18,167 bases of DNA from a virus (lineage: Duplodnaviria; Heunggongvirae; Uroviricota; Caudoviricetes), in the IMG/VR virus record IMGVR_UViG_2671180353_000009, positions 1 to 18,167 of that record, one strand, 5' to 3'. Position 1 is the first letter of the stretch. Each line of letters begins with the position of its first letter. Below the pieces are notes generated by a model, which ran no database searches, was not told the origin of the DNA, and was given only the letters and a program-made list of their open reading frames with translations. Made by a program: the position numbers and the translations under genes. Below are positions 7,352 to 17,434 of the stretch, one piece after another.

Positions 7352-10300
7352 ATGGCAGTACGGATTTCAGGTGTACTGAAAGATGGCGCAGGTAAGCCGA
7401 TACAAAACTGCACCATTCAGCTAAAGGCCAGGCGCAACAGCACCACGGTGGTGGTGAACACAGTGGCCTCAGAAAACCCGGATGAAGCCGGGCGTTACAC
7501 AATGGACGTCGAGTATGGTCAGTACAGCGTCAGTCTGTTGGTGGAGGGATTCCCGCCGTCACACGCCGGGATTATCACCGTATATGAGGACTCAAAGCCG
7601 GGCACACTGAATGATTTCCTCGGTGCAATGACGGAGGATGATGCCCGTCCGGAGGCACTGCGCCGTTTTGAGCTGATGGTGGAAGAGGTGGCGCGTAACG
7701 CGTCCGTGGTGGCACAGAACACGGCAGCCGCGAAGAAGTCAGCCAGTGATGCCAGCACATCAGCCCGTGAGGCGGCAACCCATGCGACTGATGCTGCAGG
7801 CTCAGCACGCGCAGCCAGCACATCAGCCGGGCAGGCCGCGACGTCGGCTCAGTCAGCGTCTTCCAGCGCAGGAACGGCATCAACAAAGGCCACTGAAGCA
7901 TCAAAAAGTGCTGCCGCTGCAGAGTCCTCAAAGAGCGCGGCAGCTACCAGTGCCGGTGCGGCGAAAAAGTCAGAAACGAATGCGGCAGCGTCACAACAAT
8001 CAGCAGCCACTTCTGCATCCACCGCGACCACGAAAGCGTCAGAAGCTGCCACCTCAGCCCGGGATGCGGCGGCCTCAAAAGAGGCAGCGAAATCATCAGA
8101 AACGAACGCATCATCAAGCGCCAGTAGTGCCGCTTCCTCGGCAACGGCGGCAGGAAATTCCGCGAAGGCGGCAAAAACGTCCGAGACGAACGCCAGGTCT
8201 TCTGAGACGGCAGCGGGACAGAGCGCCTCAGCTGCGGCAGGCTCAAAAACAGCGGCTGCGTCGTCTGCCAGTGCCGCGTCAACAAGTGCCGGGCAGGCCT
8301 CAGCCAGTGCTAGCGCCGCCGTAAAATCGGCAGAAAGCGCTGCATTGTCCGCTTCAACAGCCACAACGAAGGCTGGCGAAGCCGCTGAACAGGCCAGCGC
8401 AGCAGCGAGGTCTGCATCCGCAGCGAAGACATCCGAAACGAACGCGAAAGCCTCGGAAACCAGTGCAGAATCCTCAAAAATGGCAGCTGCATCGTCCGCC
8501 AGTTCGGCGGCGTCATCGGCATCATCTGCGTCTGCTTCAAAAGATGAGGCGAGCAGACAGGCATCAGCAGCGAAAGGCAGCGCCACGACAGCATCCACGA
8601 AGGCGACAGAGGCAGCTGGAAGTGCGACGGCGGCAGCACAGAGCAAAAGTACGGCGGAATCCGCGGCAACGCGCGCCGAGACAGCAGCAAAACGGGCAGA
8701 GGATATTGCATCCGCCGTGGCGCTGGAGGATGCGAGCACGACGAAAAAGGGGATAGTACAGCTCAGCAGTGCAACAAACAGCACCAGTGAAAAGCTGGCG
8801 GCAACGCCAAAGGCAGTTAAAACTGTTAAAGATAGTTCAGTTCAAAAAACTGGCGACACAATGGGAGGGCAGTTAAAAATCAGCACGATAAATGCTCTTC
8901 GAATATTCAACCAAGCCTTTGGCCTTATTTTTAGGCGTTCCGAAGATCATCTTCATCTTATTCCGACTAATGAAGGGGAGGGGGAAAATGGAGACATCGG
9001 TTCATTAAGACCATTCTCTATAAACTTAAGATCAGGGTTGGTGTCCATCGGTAATGGACTAAAAGTTGGTGGTAGTGTTACTGGTAATTTGACCGGAAAC
9101 GCAGATACTGCGACCAAGATCAAGACAGCACGTAAGATTGGGGGCGTGGCATTTGATGGATCGGCAGATATCAACTTGCCTGGAGTCAACGCTACCGGTA
9201 ATCAAAACACTACAGGTAATGCTGCGACCGCCACGAAACTTCAGGCAGCCAGAACGATTAACGGTGTGTCATTTGATGGTAGTGCAAATATCACATTGAC
9301 CCCTTCAAATATTGGGGCATTGGCATTAACTGGAGGGACTCTTTCAGGTGGTTTAACTGCTGCTGGTGAGGTTATTTCAAGGTCAGCAAATGGTCTGCGT
9401 ATTGCCTATGGCAACTATGGATTCTTTATCCGAAATGATGGATCAAACACATATTTTATGTTGACAGATTCGGGTAACAGTCTTGGTACGTACAATAGCT
9501 TAAGGCCGTTTATAATTAGTAACCATACTGGCAATGTTACAATTGCAACTAAATTAAACGCGAGTGGTGGTATCACTGGATCTTTATCGGGTAATGCAAG
9601 CACAGCAACCAAATTGCAAACTGCAAGGACAATTAACGGCGTAAAATTTGACGGCTCGGCAAATATTGAAGCGTTTCCGCCAGGTGTTCCGCTGCCGTGG
9701 CCATCAGATACACCACCTGCAGGTTATGCAATCATGCAGGGGCAGACGTTTGATAAGGCAGCATATCCGAAACTGGCTATTGCCTATCCTTCAGGTGTTA
9801 TTCCAGATATGCGCGGCTGGACAATCAAGGGCAAACCCGCCAGTGGCCGGGCCGTATTGTCTCAGGAACAGGACGGCATTAAATCGCACACCCACAGCGC
9901 CAGCGCATCCAGTACGGATTTAGGGACGAAAACCACATCGTCGTTTGATTACGGCACTAAATCCACGAATAACACCGGGGCGCATACGCACAGTCTGAGT
10001 GGCTCTACGGGGTCTGCCGGTGTTCATACTCATGGTAATGGTATTCGTTGGCCAGGAGGCGGCGGTTCTGCGTTAGCATTTTATGATGGCGGTGGGTTCA
10101 CTTATGTCCAGAATTCACAGTATCAAGTAAGCCCGGAGACTTCTTCCTATAGATCGTATTATCAACGTATTCAGACACAGTCAGCAGGTGCTCATACCCA
10201 CTCGCTGTCTGGTACTGCAGCAAGTTCTGGCGCACATGCACATACTGTAGGTATTGGTGCGCATACGCACTCCGTTGCGATTGGTTCACATGGACACACC

Positions 10301-10378
10301 ATCACCGTTAACGCTGCGGGTAACGCGGAAAACACCGTCAAAAACATCGCATTTAACTATATTGTGAGGCTTGCATAA
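7352..10378 (+). CDS. stf: Side tail fiber protein Stf (mosaic)
   Basis: Lambda Stf-like N-terminus [38 protein letters not shown]..., Ala/Ser/Thr-rich shaft, central module of three ~40-aa GNAxTATKLQxARTINGVxFDGSANI repeats, and lambda Stf-like C-terminus with H-x-H motifs ending [14 protein letters not shown]. The track ORF begins at 7208 because of an in-frame upstream Met; I prefer 7352. Confidence 0.9.
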   Translation: MAVRISGVLKDGAGKPIQNCTIQLKARRNSTTVVVNTVASENPDEAGRYTMDVEYGQYSVSLLVEGFPPSHAGIITVYEDSKPGTLNDFLGAMTEDDARPEALRRFELMVEEVARNASVVAQNTAAAKKSASDASTSAREAATHATDAAGSARAASTSAGQAATSAQSASSSAGTASTKATEASKSAAAAESSKSAAATSAGAAKKSETNAAASQQSAATSASTATTKASEAATSARDAAASKEAAKSSETNASSSASSAASSATAAGNSAKAAKTSETNARSSETAAGQSASAAAGSKTAAASSASAASTSAGQASASASAAVKSAESAALSASTATTKAGEAAEQASAAARSASAAKTSETNAKASETSAESSKMAAASSASSAASSASSASASKDEASRQASAAKGSATTASTKATEAAGSATAAAQSKSTAESAATRAETAAKRAEDIASAVALEDASTTKKGIVQLSSATNSTSEKLAATPKAVKTVKDSSVQKTGDTMGGQLKISTINALRIFNQAFGLIFRRSEDHLHLIPTNEGEGENGDIGSLRPFSINLRSGLVSIGNGLKVGGSVTGNLTGNADTATKIKTARKIGGVAFDGSADINLPGVNATGNQNTTGNAATATKLQAARTINGVSFDGSANITLTPSNIGALALTGGTLSGGLTAAGEVISRSANGLRIAYGNYGFFIRNDGSNTYFMLTDSGNSLGTYNSLRPFIISNHTGNVTIATKLNASGGITGSLSGNASTATKLQTARTINGVKFDGSANIEAFPPGVPLPWPSDTPPAGYAIMQGQTFDKAAYPKLAIAYPSGVIPDMRGWTIKGKPASGRAVLSQEQDGIKSHTHSASASSTDLGTKTTSSFDYGTKSTNNTGAHTHSLSGSTGSAGVHTHGNGIRWPGGGGSALAFYDGGGFTYVQNSQYQVSPETSSYRSYYQRIQTQSAGAHTHSLSGTAASSGAHAHTVGIGAHTHSVAIGSHGHTITVNAAGNAENTVKNIAFNYIVRLA

Positions 10379-10962
10379 TGGCATTCAGAATGAGTGAACA
10401 AGCACGGACCATAAAAATTTATAATCTGCTGGCCGGAACTAATGAATTTATTGGTGAAGGTGACGCATATATTCCGCCTCATACAGGTCTGCCAGCAAAC
10501 AGTACCGATATTGCACCACCAGATATTCCTGCTGGCTTTGTGGCTGTTTTCAACAGTGATGAGGCATCGTGGCATCTCGTTGAAGACCATCGGGGTAAAA
10601 CGGTTTATGACGTAGCGTCAGGGGACGAGTTATTTATTTCTGAACTCGGTCCGTTACCGGAAAATGTTACCTGGTTATCGCCGGAAGGGGAGTTTCAGAA
10701 GTGGAACGGCACAGCCTGGGTGAAGGATACGGAAGCAGAAAAACTGTTCCGGATCCGGGAGGCGGAAGAAACAAAAAACAACCTGATGCAGGTAGCCAGT
10801 GAGCATATTGCGCCGCTTCAGGATGCTGCAGATCTGGAAATTGCAACGGAGGAAGAAACCTCATTGCTGGAAGCCTGGAAAAAGTATCGGGTGTTGCTGA
10901 ACCGTGTTGATACATCAACTGCACCGGATATTGAGTGGCCTGCTGTCCCTGTTATGGAGTAA
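10378..10962 (+). CDS. tfa: Tail fiber assembly protein Tfa
   Basis: 194 aa, [54 protein letters not shown]... near-identical to lambda Tfa as recalled; start overlaps the stf stop (TAATG). Confidence 0.92.
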   Translation: MAFRMSEQARTIKIYNLLAGTNEFIGEGDAYIPPHTGLPANSTDIAPPDIPAGFVAVFNSDEASWHLVEDHRGKTVYDVASGDELFISELGPLPENVTWLSPEGEFQKWNGTAWVKDTEAEKLFRIREAEETKNNLMQVASEHIAPLQDAADLEIATEEETSLLEAWKKYRVLLNRVDTSTAPDIEWPAVPVME

Positions 10963-11499
10963 TCGTTTTGTGATATGCCGCAGACACGTCGTATGCAGAA
11001 ACGTGCTGCGGCTGGCTGGTGAACTTTCAATAGTGCGAGTATTGAATGATTTCCAGCTGTTATCGATTTTATGTGTTTTTTGCATGAGGGGATTTCCAAC
11101 ACCTCCCACCGACCATCTAAGATTTTATGCCACTGTCCCTAGGACTGCTATGTACTAGGAGCGGATGTTAAACTCAGACTCGTTTCAGCTATATTGCGTT
11201 TTGAATAATATTCCATCATAATAACTCTTTGAAAAATGTGATCTTTTCATTTATAACACTGATGACTTGCTTATCTCATTGGGATATCGGAGGAGAATAC
11301 TTAACTATGACAAGCCCGATTATTATGACACTGGCTATATTATATAGATTGATATTAAAATGTAGGGTTAGGTTCTTGCCAAGGTGTCAAGATTTACAGA
11401 TAGGTTTAAAACCATATAAATATGTTTTACGGTGAGATACAATACATATTGTAAGGCATAAACGCTTGGTAAAATTTTAATTATTGGAAGAAGCTAATC

Positions 11500-14400
11500 A
11501 TGGAACCCATATCAATTACAGTGGCAACTTATGTAGCAACTAAACTTATTGATCAATTCATCTCTCAAGAAGGATATGGTTGTATTAAGAAAGCATTATT
11601 CCCCCAAAAAAGATATGTGGATAGATTATATCAACTAATTGAAGAGACGGCAATTGAGTTTGAAGAAACATATCCAGTAGAAAGTGGAGCAATACCATTT
11701 TATCATTCCGAACCATTGTTTGAGATGTTGAATGAGCACATCTTTTTTAAAGAGTTCCCTGACAAAGAGATATTATTAGACAAGTTCAAAGAATATCCAA
11801 GTATCACTCCCCCAACTCAACAACAACTCAGCCTTTTTTATGAGATGTTATCATTAAAAATCAATAATTGTTCGAAGTTAAAAAAGCTACATATCGAAGA
11901 AACGTATAAAGAAAAAATATTCGATATTAATGAAGAGCTCATTCAAGTCAAACTTATTTTACGGTCTATAGATGAGAAACTAACTTTTCACTTAAGTGAT
12001 GATTGGTTAAATGAAAAAAATAGTCAAGCAATAGCTGACTTGGGAGGTCGATACACACCCGAACTCAACGTAAAGCTAGAAATAGCAGAGATATTTGATG
12101 GCCTCGGTAGAACTAATGATTTTTCTAAAATATTTTATTCGCATATAGATAGTTTTCTGGTCGCTGGAAAGAAATTACATAGTTGCGATGTAATTTCCTC
12201 AGAATTATTTGAAATAAACCAGTCCTTAAAAGAAATTTCTGATATATATCAGGAGATTAATTTTTCTAAATTAGATGAAATCCCTATAAATAAATTTAAT
12301 AACTATGTTTCTAGCTGCCAGACAGCTATTGGCGGAGCGGTATCAATATTGTGGGAACTCCGAGAAAAGTCAGAGCAAGTAGGTGAAACCAAGCATTACA
12401 GTGATAAGTATTCATCTACTCTGCGAATGCTTCGGGAATTTGACTATGCGTGCAATGAATTACGTATATTCATTAATTCAACAACAGTGAAGTTGGCTAA
12501 CAACCCATTCTTACTTCTCGAAGGAAAAGCAGGAATTGGTAAGTCTCATTTACTGGCTGATGTGATTAAAAATCGAATTACTTCTGGGTATCCTTCACTA
12601 CTCATACTAGGGCAACAACTTACTTCAGATGAATCTCCATGGTCACAAATCTTCAAGAGATTACAGCTTAAAATCACTTCTCGTGAATTCCTAGAAAAAC
12701 TGAATTTATATGGCAAAAAAACAGGAAAAAGAGTCTTAGTTTTTATTGATGCTATTAATGAAGGTAATGGAAATAAATTCTGGAATGACAATATTAACAG
12801 TTTTGTCGATGAAATCAGATGCTTTGAATGGCTTGGTCTGATAATGTCAGTCAGAACAACATATAGAAATGTAACAATTTCACATGAGAATGTTGTGCGA
12901 AATAATTTTGAAATTCATGAACATATTGGATTCCAGAACGTTGAGTTGGATGCGGTTAGTCTATTTTATGATTATTACAATATTGAGAGGCCTTCATCTC
13001 CTAACCTTAATCCAGAGTTTAAAAATCCTCTATTTCTTAAGTTATTGTGTGAAGGCATTAAGAAAAATGGTTTAACCAAAGTGCCTGTTGGATTTAATGG
13101 GATTTCAAATATTTTTAACTTTTTAGTGGAAGGGGTAAATAAATCATTAGCATCGCCAAAAAAATATGCATTCGATCCCAGTTTTCCTCTTGTTAAAGAT
13201 GCTCTCAATGAAATCATAAAATTCAAATTAGAGATTGGTCGTAATAGTATTTCACTTAAAGATGCTCACTCAGTGGTTCAATCTGTAGTTAATGATTATG
13301 TTGCTGATAAAACCTTCCTCAGCGCCTTGATTGACGAAGGATTATTGACTAAAGGCATAGTGAGAAATGATGATAATTCTACTGAGGAAGTAGTTTATGT
13401 GGCTTTTGAAAGGTTTGATGATCATTTAACTGTTAATTTTTTATTAAATGATGTTGAAAATATCGAAAGTGAATTTAAGCCTGATGGTCGTCTGAAAAAA
13501 TATTTTCATGATGAATGTGATTTTTATATAAAATCGGGAATAGTAGAGGCTTTGTCTATTCAATTGCCAGAAAGGTATGAAAAAGAGCTTTATGAATTTC
13601 TGCCGGAGTTCAGCAATAATCTTAAATTACTAGAAGCCTTTATTGATAGCTTGATATGGCGAGATATTAAGGCTATTGATTTCGAAAAAATTAGACCTTT
13701 CATCAATGAACATGTTTTTAAATTTAAAGATAGTTTTGATCATTTCCTCGAGGCAGTGATCTCTATTTCAGGTTTAGTTGGCCATCCCTTTAATGCTAAT
13801 TTCTTGCATGATTGGCTAAAAGATTATTCTTTGGCAAATCGAGATTCGTTTTGGACTACAGAACTTAAATATAAATATAGTGAAGACTCAGCATTTAGGC
13901 ATCTAATCGATTGGGCATGGGCCAGAACAGATAAAAGCTTTGTTTCGGATGAGTCAATCGAGCTAGTTGCAACTAGTTTATGCTGGTTTTTAACTTCTAG
14001 TAACCGAGAACTTCGAGATTGCTCAACTAAGGCTTTAGTGAGTTTACTCGAGCCAAGAATTCCTGTATTGAGAAAAATAATTGATAAGTTTTATGGTGTA
14101 AATGATCCTTACGTTTGGGAAAGAATATTTGCAGTTGCATTAGGCTGTACATTGCGAACTGATAATATTAAAGAACTAAAATATTTAGCCGAAACTGTTT
14201 ACCAAAAGGTATTTTGTTCTAAGTATGTGTATCCAAATATATTACTTAGAGATTATGCTAGAGAGATTATTGAATTTGCTAATCATCTTGGATTGGAACT
14301 TGAAAGCATTGAATTATCCAAGACTAGACCACCCTACAACAGCATTTGGCCTGACAAGATTCCTTCAAAAGAGGAACTAGAGTCCCTTTATGATAAAGAA

Positions 14401-15954
14401 CCTTATCGGGAACTCTGGAGCTCTATTATGGAAGATGGTGACTTTTCACGATATACTATTGGAACAAATTATAATCATTCTGATTGGTCTGGTTGCAAGT
14501 TTAATGAAACCCCTGTTGACCGTAAGCAAGTTTTTAAAACTTTCAAATGTAAACTAACTGATCAACAAAAAGACTTGTATGATGCCACAGATCCTTTCAT
14601 TTATGATGATAAATGCGAAGGAATTAAATTTGGTCGTGTGGTCGGTAGAAAAGCACAGGAAGAAATAAAGGCGAGCAAGAAATTATTTAAGAATTCATTG
14701 TCATACGATCTGTTAAGTGAGTTTGAAAATGAAATAGAGCCATACCTGGATCATAATAATAATCTGCTGGAAACTGATAAACACTTTGATCTTCGACTAG
14801 CTCAACAATTTATATTCAATCGTGTTATAGAGCTTGGTTGGGATCCGGAGAAGCATGGTAATTTTGACCAACAAATAGGAACTGGACGTGGACGTAGAGA
14901 GGCATTCCAAGAACGGATTGGTAAAAAATACCAATGGATTGCTTATTATGAATACATGGCAAGGCTAGCCGATAATTTTACTCGTTTTGAAGGTTATGGT
15001 GACGAACGAAAGGAAAATCCATACCAAGGGCCATGGGAGCCTTACGTAAGAGATATAGATCCCACTATCTTACTTAAAGAAACTGGAACGAAAAAAATAA
15101 GCAATAAAGAAATGTGGTGGCTTAATGATGAAGTGTTTGATTGGACTTGCTCTAATGAAGACTGGGTTAAAAGTTCTACTACTATAACTAATTCATATGC
15201 TTTTATTGAAGTTAAAGATGATAATGGTGATGAATGGATAGTATTAGAAAGTTATCCATCATGGAAAGAACCAAAAATTATTGGAAACGATGATTGGGGG
15301 CACCCACGAAAAGAGGTTTGGTATCAGATCAGAAGTTATATCGTTAAAGTTGAAGAATTTGAAAATTTTAGATGTTGGGCAATAGCTCAAGACTTTATGG
15401 GCAGGTGGATGCCGGAATGTACTGATAGATACCAATTATTTAATAGGGAGTACTATTGGTCCGAAGCATTTAAGTCTTTTAAATCAGATTATTATAGTGG
15501 ATCTGACTGGACTTCGGTAACAGACCGGGAGTCTGGAGCTAAGATAGCTGATGTTAGTGTCACTTCGATTAATTATTTGTGGGAAGAGGAGTTCGACAAA
15601 TCAAAAATAGAAACTTTGAATTTTTTGAAGCCTAGTAACTTAATCTTTGAAAAGATGGGATTAAAAAGTGGGGAAGTAGAGGGTAGCTTCAATGATGAAA
15701 ATGGAACTATGGTTTGCTTTGCAGCTGAAGCTGTATATGCTTCAAAGCCGCATCTACTTGTTAAAAAAGAACCATTTTTAACAATGTTAAGGGACAATGG
15801 TTTTGAAATCGTTTGGACATTATTAGGTGAAAAGGGCGTTATAGGGGGCTCACTCATATCAAGTCATCATTATGGTCGACAGGAGTTTAGTGGAGCATTT
15901 TATTATGAAGACAGTCAGCTAACAGGAAGTCATAAAACTAGCTTTACGAGATAA
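11500..15954 (+). CDS. Large (1484-aa) P-loop NTPase of unknown function; STAND/NACHT-like Walker A and B motifs flanked by uncharacterised N-terminal (~340 aa) and C-terminal (~1000 aa) regions; candidate single-gene defense protein or phage moron
   Basis: Uninterrupted 4455-nt ORF with GGAAGAAG RBS-like sequence ~6 nt upstream. Walker A EGKAGIGKSHLL near residue ~345 and Walker B-like hhhhD VLVFIDAINEG about 70 residues later. Strongly AT-rich, Lys/Asn/Ile/Phe/Glu-rich composition unlike the flanking phage genes. Confidence 0.8.
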   Translation: MEPISITVATYVATKLIDQFISQEGYGCIKKALFPQKRYVDRLYQLIEETAIEFEETYPVESGAIPFYHSEPLFEMLNEHIFFKEFPDKEILLDKFKEYPSITPPTQQQLSLFYEMLSLKINNCSKLKKLHIEETYKEKIFDINEELIQVKLILRSIDEKLTFHLSDDWLNEKNSQAIADLGGRYTPELNVKLEIAEIFDGLGRTNDFSKIFYSHIDSFLVAGKKLHSCDVISSELFEINQSLKEISDIYQEINFSKLDEIPINKFNNYVSSCQTAIGGAVSILWELREKSEQVGETKHYSDKYSSTLRMLREFDYACNELRIFINSTTVKLANNPFLLLEGKAGIGKSHLLADVIKNRITSGYPSLLILGQQLTSDESPWSQIFKRLQLKITSREFLEKLNLYGKKTGKRVLVFIDAINEGNGNKFWNDNINSFVDEIRCFEWLGLIMSVRTTYRNVTISHENVVRNNFEIHEHIGFQNVELDAVSLFYDYYNIERPSSPNLNPEFKNPLFLKLLCEGIKKNGLTKVPVGFNGISNIFNFLVEGVNKSLASPKKYAFDPSFPLVKDALNEIIKFKLEIGRNSISLKDAHSVVQSVVNDYVADKTFLSALIDEGLLTKGIVRNDDNSTEEVVYVAFERFDDHLTVNFLLNDVENIESEFKPDGRLKKYFHDECDFYIKSGIVEALSIQLPERYEKELYEFLPEFSNNLKLLEAFIDSLIWRDIKAIDFEKIRPFINEHVFKFKDSFDHFLEAVISISGLVGHPFNANFLHDWLKDYSLANRDSFWTTELKYKYSEDSAFRHLIDWAWARTDKSFVSDESIELVATSLCWFLTSSNRELRDCSTKALVSLLEPRIPVLRKIIDKFYGVNDPYVWERIFAVALGCTLRTDNIKELKYLAETVYQKVFCSKYVYPNILLRDYAREIIEFANHLGLELESIELSKTRPPYNSIWPDKIPSKEELESLYDKEPYRELWSSIMEDGDFSRYTIGTNYNHSDWSGCKFNETPVDRKQVFKTFKCKLTDQQKDLYDATDPFIYDDKCEGIKFGRVVGRKAQEEIKASKKLFKNSLSYDLLSEFENEIEPYLDHNNNLLETDKHFDLRLAQQFIFNRVIELGWDPEKHGNFDQQIGTGRGRREAFQERIGKKYQWIAYYEYMARLADNFTRFEGYGDERKENPYQGPWEPYVRDIDPTILLKETGTKKISNKEMWWLNDEVFDWTCSNEDWVKSSTTITNSYAFIEVKDDNGDEWIVLESYPSWKEPKIIGNDDWGHPRKEVWYQIRSYIVKVEEFENFRCWAIAQDFMGRWMPECTDRYQLFNREYYWSEAFKSFKSDYYSGSDWTSVTDRESGAKIADVSVTSINYLWEEEFDKSKIETLNFLKPSNLIFEKMGLKSGEVEGSFNDENGTMVCFAAEAVYASKPHLLVKKEPFLTMLRDNGFEIVWTLLGEKGVIGGSLISSHHYGRQEFSGAFYYEDSQLTGSHKTSFTR

Positions 15955-16062
15955 AAATGAATCTCAGAGCTGAATATATAAGTAGTATTAGAAACCGGGT
16001 TATACTTAAGAAATCAATCTTAAGTGTGGCAGTCGAATGGTAGCTAATATGCTAGCGGCGCT

Positions 16063-16092
16063 AATGCCTGTTTGTTGCTCATAACAGGCATT
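16063..16092. other. Perfect 10-bp inverted repeat (AATGCCTGTT-n10-AACAGGCATT) about 110 bp downstream of the large ORF; possible terminator-like stem-loop or protein-binding site
   Basis: Read directly; no strong T-run follows. Confidence 0.4.
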
Positions 16093-16337
16093 CACTTTAG
16101 TTATGGCAGAAAAGTATACATGCTGGGTTGGGAAAGTGTGAAAGAAAGGAAGATTGCTGCGCCGTTTGTCGTCACGTTTATCTTCATTGGCTATGCAAGT
16201 CGTAATAAAAGGTGGGACAAAACTGAGACACATAAAGCCTCGCAATGGCTTGCAAGGCTTTACATGTTTTGATGTAGTGGGACGTGTGAGCGCAGTGTTG
16301 ATGGGGTAATGCTTTGAATTAGAAGCGGATTCTTATG

Positions 16338-16383
16338 ATTCGTAATGCGAAGGTCGTAGGTTCGACTCCTATTATCGGCACCA
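16338..16383 (+). other. tRNA-Thr 3' fragment (anticodon loop through CCA); probable attR core of the prophage
   Basis: ATTCGTAATGCGAAGGTCGTAGGTTCGACTCCTATTATCGGCACCA shows a T-arm (GGTTCGACTCC), acceptor 3' strand and CCA, and matches my recollection of the 3' half of E. coli thrW (anticodon CGU). No matching 5' half lies upstream, so it is not a complete tRNA gene. Confidence 0.55.
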
Positions 16384-16988
16384 TTAAGAAAATTAATAAC
16401 TTAGCTTAACTTCTCTAAGAAATTGTATCTTCTGTTATCACTTACAAACGCCTATACGTTGTTATGGGCTTTGGTAGTGTAACACGTATGGGCGAGTAGT
16501 TCCCAGGCTCAACCTCGTAACAAGTTCCTTTGAAGCTGGAAGACGTGCCACCGTCTCTAAACCTTCTACCAAAACTCTTAGCAAGATGTTCCACACCTGG
16601 CGCGGTGTCCAATGATGCTACACGTCGTGAGACGTTGCAGAGGATAAACAGGCTAAATGATGGGAAGAGTTTTAAGTGCAATAGTGGATTAAAGCCCACC
16701 TCTTCAAAACCTAACTTGATCGGGAAAGAATCAAGCTCTAGCACGGTTTCGTCCACCGGAGTACAACGGGTGCCTGATAAGAGAAGAACTGCTAAGACTT
16801 CATAGCTTTTGTGAAAAAGCCCTTTTTAGTGGATACGCCTACGGCGCTTATTTTTTGGTATAACCATCAAAGGCGCTTTATGGCTCCTATTGTCTTGAAA
16901 ATGTATCTTTACTTGTATTGTGTTTTATGCGTAGTCTCCCTGTGTAGTATGTAACTTGTTAATTTTCATATGAATACAGAGGCACACG

Positions 16989-17147
16989 ATGAAAAACATT
17001 GCAGCAATCAAACGTAATAACCGCAAGATTCACGCTCGTAAGTTCCTGTCTACGCCAGAAGGAAAAGCCTGGCTAGAGCGTAAACAGAGAGAGAACGAAG
17101 AAAGAAAACTCCTTAGTGAGTTGAAATGGCTTAGAGAGGATTTCTGA
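16989..17147 (+). CDS. Small basic hypothetical protein (52 aa; MKNIAAIKRNNRKIHARKFLSTPEGKAWLERKQRENEERKLLSELKWLREDF)
   Basis: ORF below the track's length cutoff, found by reading; AGAGG-like RBS about 8 nt upstream; composition is helical and basic. No homology recognised. Confidence 0.3.
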   Translation: MKNIAAIKRNNRKIHARKFLSTPEGKAWLERKQRENEERKLLSELKWLREDF

Positions 17148-17434
17148 AAATCTCCAGAACGCAACAGGACGCATTCTAACGCTGTTTTCATTACTCGGTA
17201 TAGGGATAGGTGATGTGTGTTTAATGCGTCTGTGCGCTTGTTTTGTGCCTTATTTTGCATTTTCATAATGCGGAAGAGAACACGGAAAACCTTAAAATTA
17301 ATTATTGGGGTATTTAAGGCTATTTTCAGGTGATTTAAGGGTATTAAACTTGATTTAATTGATTAAAATATAAACAGATAATTATGTATCTTATTGATTT
17401 ATAAGGTTGTTTTTAAGTAAAGGTAAATAAAAAA

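Noticed and set aside
7700-8760. Possible CRISPR-like or other nucleotide repeat array in the stf shaft
   Set aside because: The periodicity is at the protein level within a coding region; there are no repeat-spacer units of CRISPR size or form.
7519-8784. Long ORFs in other frames or on the minus strand across the stf shaft (7849..8784 -, 7746..8324 +, 8310..8711 -, 8463..8756 +)
   Set aside because: Artefacts of the low-complexity GC-rich Ala/Ser/Thr-coding repeat, which lacks stops in several frames.
11229-11435. Small ORF in the leader of the NTPase gene, including a hydrophobic peptide from an internal Met at ~11307 that could resemble a type I toxin
   Set aside because: No convincing RBS spacing (GGAGG sits ~13 nt from the ATG) and it lies in AT-rich DNA where short ORFs arise by chance; more likely promoter or leader sequence. 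Could be revisited with expression data.
16072-16272. 66-aa track ORF between the NTPase gene and the att remnant
   Set aside because: No RBS or recognisable motif; sits in junction DNA. Not supported as a gene.
16261-16383. Complete tRNA-Thr gene
   Set aside because: Only the 3' ~46 nt (anticodon loop to CCA) is present; the upstream sequence has no matching acceptor 5' strand or D-arm, so it is an att-type fragment.
16442-16805. Overlapping ORFs 16442..16756 (-) and 16530..16805 (+); I also considered an ncRNA such as a retron msr/msd or other structured RNA here
   Set aside because: Both peptides are low-complexity and mutually exclusive; I could not identify a convincing structure or an adjacent reverse transcriptase; only a weak 4-bp hairpin with T-run at ~16836..16858. 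Left unassigned.
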